From Octopus sinensis (Eukaryota): a stretch of 64,000 bases of DNA. The position numbers were made by a program, and so were the translations under genes. The stretch spans positions 154,814,001-154,878,000 of the forward strand of contig NC_042998.1 of assembly GCF_006345805.1 (NCBI RefSeq), written 5' to 3'. The notes beneath the pieces are model-generated. The model made no database searches and was not told the DNA's origin. It saw only the letters and a program-made list of their open reading frames with translations. Shown one piece after another: positions 61,303 through 64,000 of this stretch (the stretch's first letter is position 1; each line of letters begins with the position of its first letter).

Positions 61303-63000
61303 CATCATCATCATCATCATCATTTAGCGTCCGTTCTCCATGCTAGCATGGGTTGGACGGTTCAACTGGGGTTTGTGAAGCTGGAAGGCTTCATCAGGCC
61401 CAGTCAGATCTGGCAGTGTTTCTACGGCTGGATGCCCTTCCTAACGCCAACCACTCCGTGAGTGTAGTGGGTGCTTTTTACGTGCCACCCGCATAGGTGC
61501 CAGACAGAGCTGGCAAACGGCCACGAACGGATGGTGCTTTTACATGTCACCGGCACTGGGCCAGGCGAGGCTGGCAACGGACACGAACGGATGGTGCTTT
61601 TACGTGCCACCAACACGGGGGCCAGACAGAGCTGGCAAATGGCCACGAAACGGATGGTGCTTTTACGTGTCACCGGCACGGGGGCCAGGCGAGGCTGGCA
61701 ACGGACACGAACGGATGGTGCTTTTACATGTCACCAACACGGGGGCCAGACAGGGCTGGCAAACGGCCACAAACGGGTGGTGCTTTTACGTGTCACCGGC
61801 ACGGGGGCCAGGCGAGGCTGGCAACGGACACGAACGGATGGTGCTTTTACATGTCACCAACATGGGGGCCAAACAGGGCTGGCAAACGGCCACGAATGGA
61901 TGGTGCTTTTACGTGTCACCGACATGGGGGCCAGACAGGGCTGGCAAACGGCCACGAACGGATGGTGCTTTTACGTGTCACCGGCACGGGGGCCAGACAG
62001 AGCTGGCAAACGGCCACGAACGGATGGTGCTTTTACGTGTCACCGTTACGGGGGCCAGACAGAGCTGGCAAACGGCCACAAACGGATGGTGCTTTTACGT
62101 GTCACCAGCACGGGGGCCAGGCCAGGCTGGCAACGAACACAAACGGATGGTGCTTTTACGTGCCACCGACACGGGGGCCAGACAGGGCTGGCAAACGGCT
62201 ACGAACGGATGGTGCTTTTACGTGTCACCTGCACGGGGGCCCTGATGTTGACTTGGTCACCTAGGTAACGGAAACTATCAACTACTTCTAGCTTTTCTCC
62301 CTGGAAAGTGACGGAAGTTGGTCTCAGAGCATTTTCAGTGTTAATTGTTCCTGAGCATCTGCCACATACAAAAACCATCTTCCTAGATAGCCTTCCTTTG
62401 ACATTGCTGCACCTCTTATGTGTCCATAGCTTACACTTGGTGCATCTTATAGAGTTTCTACCTACACCTTTTCTACAGATCGAGCAGGGCCATCTACCTG
62501 AAGGCGTTTCTGATTGGTCTACCTTCCTACTTATTAGGACTTTGGTTTTGGCTAGGTTGATTCTAAGGCCCTTCGATTCTAAACCTTGTTTCCATACCTG
62601 AAACTTCTCCTCTAGTTCTGATAGAGTCTCAGCAATTAGAGCAAGGTCATCAGCATAGAGGAGCTCCCAGGGGCATCCTGTCTTGAATTCCTCCGTTATT
62701 GCCTGGAGGACTATGATAAATAGGAGGGGACTGAGGACTGAACCTTGGTGGACCCCAACCTCTACCCTGAATTCTTCACTGTACTCGGTGCCAACCCTCA
62801 CCTTACTAGCAGCGTCTCTGTACATGGCTTGTACAGCTTTCACTAACCATTCATCTATCCCTAGTTTCCTCATTGACCACCAGATGAGGGATCGGGGGAC
62901 CCTGTCGAAGGCTTTCTCCATATCAACAAAAGCCAGGTATAGGGGCTTGTCTTTGGCTAGGTATTTCTCTTGCAGCTGTTTTACCATGAAAATAGCATCA
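61303..63000 (-). mobile_element. 5'-truncated, internally deleted RTE-group LINE (PHD-bearing family)
   Basis: ORF 62199-62987: DMEKAFDRVP, GVHQGSVLSPLLF, LYADDL, PHD-like finger, FRYLGD; fused at about 62245 to 3'-UTR repeats; (CAT)n at 61303-61323. Confidence 0.92.
61470..62245. repeat. Tandem array of about twelve 60-62-bp units (two variants)
   Basis: 13 occurrences of GGTGCTTTT spaced about 61 bp apart. Unit A contains CCAGACAG(A/G)GCTGGCAAACGGCC; unit B contains CCAGGCGAGGCTGGCAACGGAC. Confidence 0.95.
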
Positions 63001-63210
63001 TTTGACTGTAGCTATAGTGGGGCACCACCTTAAAGGGCTTTAGTTGAAGAAATCAATCCCAGGATTTATTCTTTGTAAGCCTAGTACTTATTCTATCAGC
63101 CTTTTTTGCTGAACTACTAAGTTATGGAGGCATAAACACACCAGCATCAGTTGTCAAGCGATAATGAGATGGGTAGGGACAAAGACAGATAGACACACGC
63201 ACACATATAT

Positions 63211-64000
63211 AAAAAGGGTGTAATGGGTAAATTGTCACCATTTTATATTTTCAATTTCGCGCATGCACATTGTTTTTGATTTTGTTGACTACACAGTATA
63301 GTAGGGTCAGTTGGTCACCATTTGTGAGAAAAACAGCACCATAACACAATTCACTCTGCCAGAAATTTGGAAATGACATGCTGTGCTGCTTGGCATTCAC
63401 AGCAGAAGCACCAATACAAACATTTCAGAGTGTTTGGGTATTAATCTGAGGACAGTGCAGAGGATTTGGAAAGAGTTGGATGAGTCTAATGGTGATTATG
63501 AAGGTACAGCAGCTCGGAAAAACTCACTCTGATCATTTTGATAAGAAAAGAACAAGTCAATGCCTCCAAGTCAATCAGGTCCATTGCTAGGGACATGAAA
63601 GTGTCTGAGTTTCTTATTCCTCATACAAAATGAGAAAGGGCCAATTTTTATCCCAAGGATGAGAGGAAAGACCATGCTACAAAGCATCCCCTCCAACTGA
63701 ACATGCTTTGGTTTTCCTCAGAAGAGAAAAATTTCTGCCAGGAACAGATGGTAAACACACAGAACAACTGTTAGCTTGCTGTGTCCTCAAAACATGTGCC
63801 AAGAGTGATAAAAATCAAACATCCAGTCAACATCATGGTATTTCAAGTGATCACTAGTGATGGCGATATTTTGCCTCCATTCATCTTCCCATACAGCCTC
63901 AGACTCAACATGGAGGCCTACATCAAGTGCCTGGAGGAAGTAGTGCTGCCTTGGCTCAAGAGGATGTCTGCTGGCAATAGGACTCTGCATCATGTCACAC
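63211..64000 (+). mobile_element. maT/DD37D-like transposon remnant, runs off the window
   Basis: Terminus AGGGTGTAATGGGTAAATTGTCACC; IRSIARDM, EKNFCQEQ and YIKCLEEVVLPW; homologous to 31186-32000. Confidence 0.8.

Noticed and set aside
61470-62268. CRISPR-like array or repetitive proteins in three frames
   Set aside because: Units are contiguous with no unique spacers, there are no cas genes, the context is eukaryotic, and the unit belongs to an RTE 3' UTR.

Overview
Repeat-saturated, AT-rich eukaryotic DNA with no supportable host protein-coding gene. The microsatellite density and repeat repertoire suggest a coleoid cephalopod (Octopus-like); this is inference, not shown. The window is a nest of mobile elements. 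Non-LTR retrotransposons: a cluster of R4/Dong elements in (TAA)n tracts (9-21 kb), a HERO-type and a CRE-type RLE element, several RTE-group elements (one family has a PHD finger after the RT catalytic motif), and one CR1-type element with an uninterrupted 1028-aa APE-RT ORF. DNA transposons: a mariner with intact TIRs and two maT/DD37D-like remnants. There are also tRNA-derived SINEs and at least four Penelope-like (GIY-YIG, YRDD) remnants. The most notable layer is non-coding. Ten type I hammerhead-ribozyme motifs from five sequence families (some degenerate) are readable by eye, mostly in inverted PLE tails next to (TA)n. One family sits inside a small tRNA-headed element inserted as a head-to-head palindrome with an 11-bp target-site duplication, a candidate PLE-mobilised, ribozyme-bearing SINE. 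The intact CR1 also shares its 3' end, including a covarying stem-loop, with the commonest SINE. A 1.8-kb strand-skewed AT island (42.2-43.9 kb) is unexplained. Most boundaries are read by eye and approximate.
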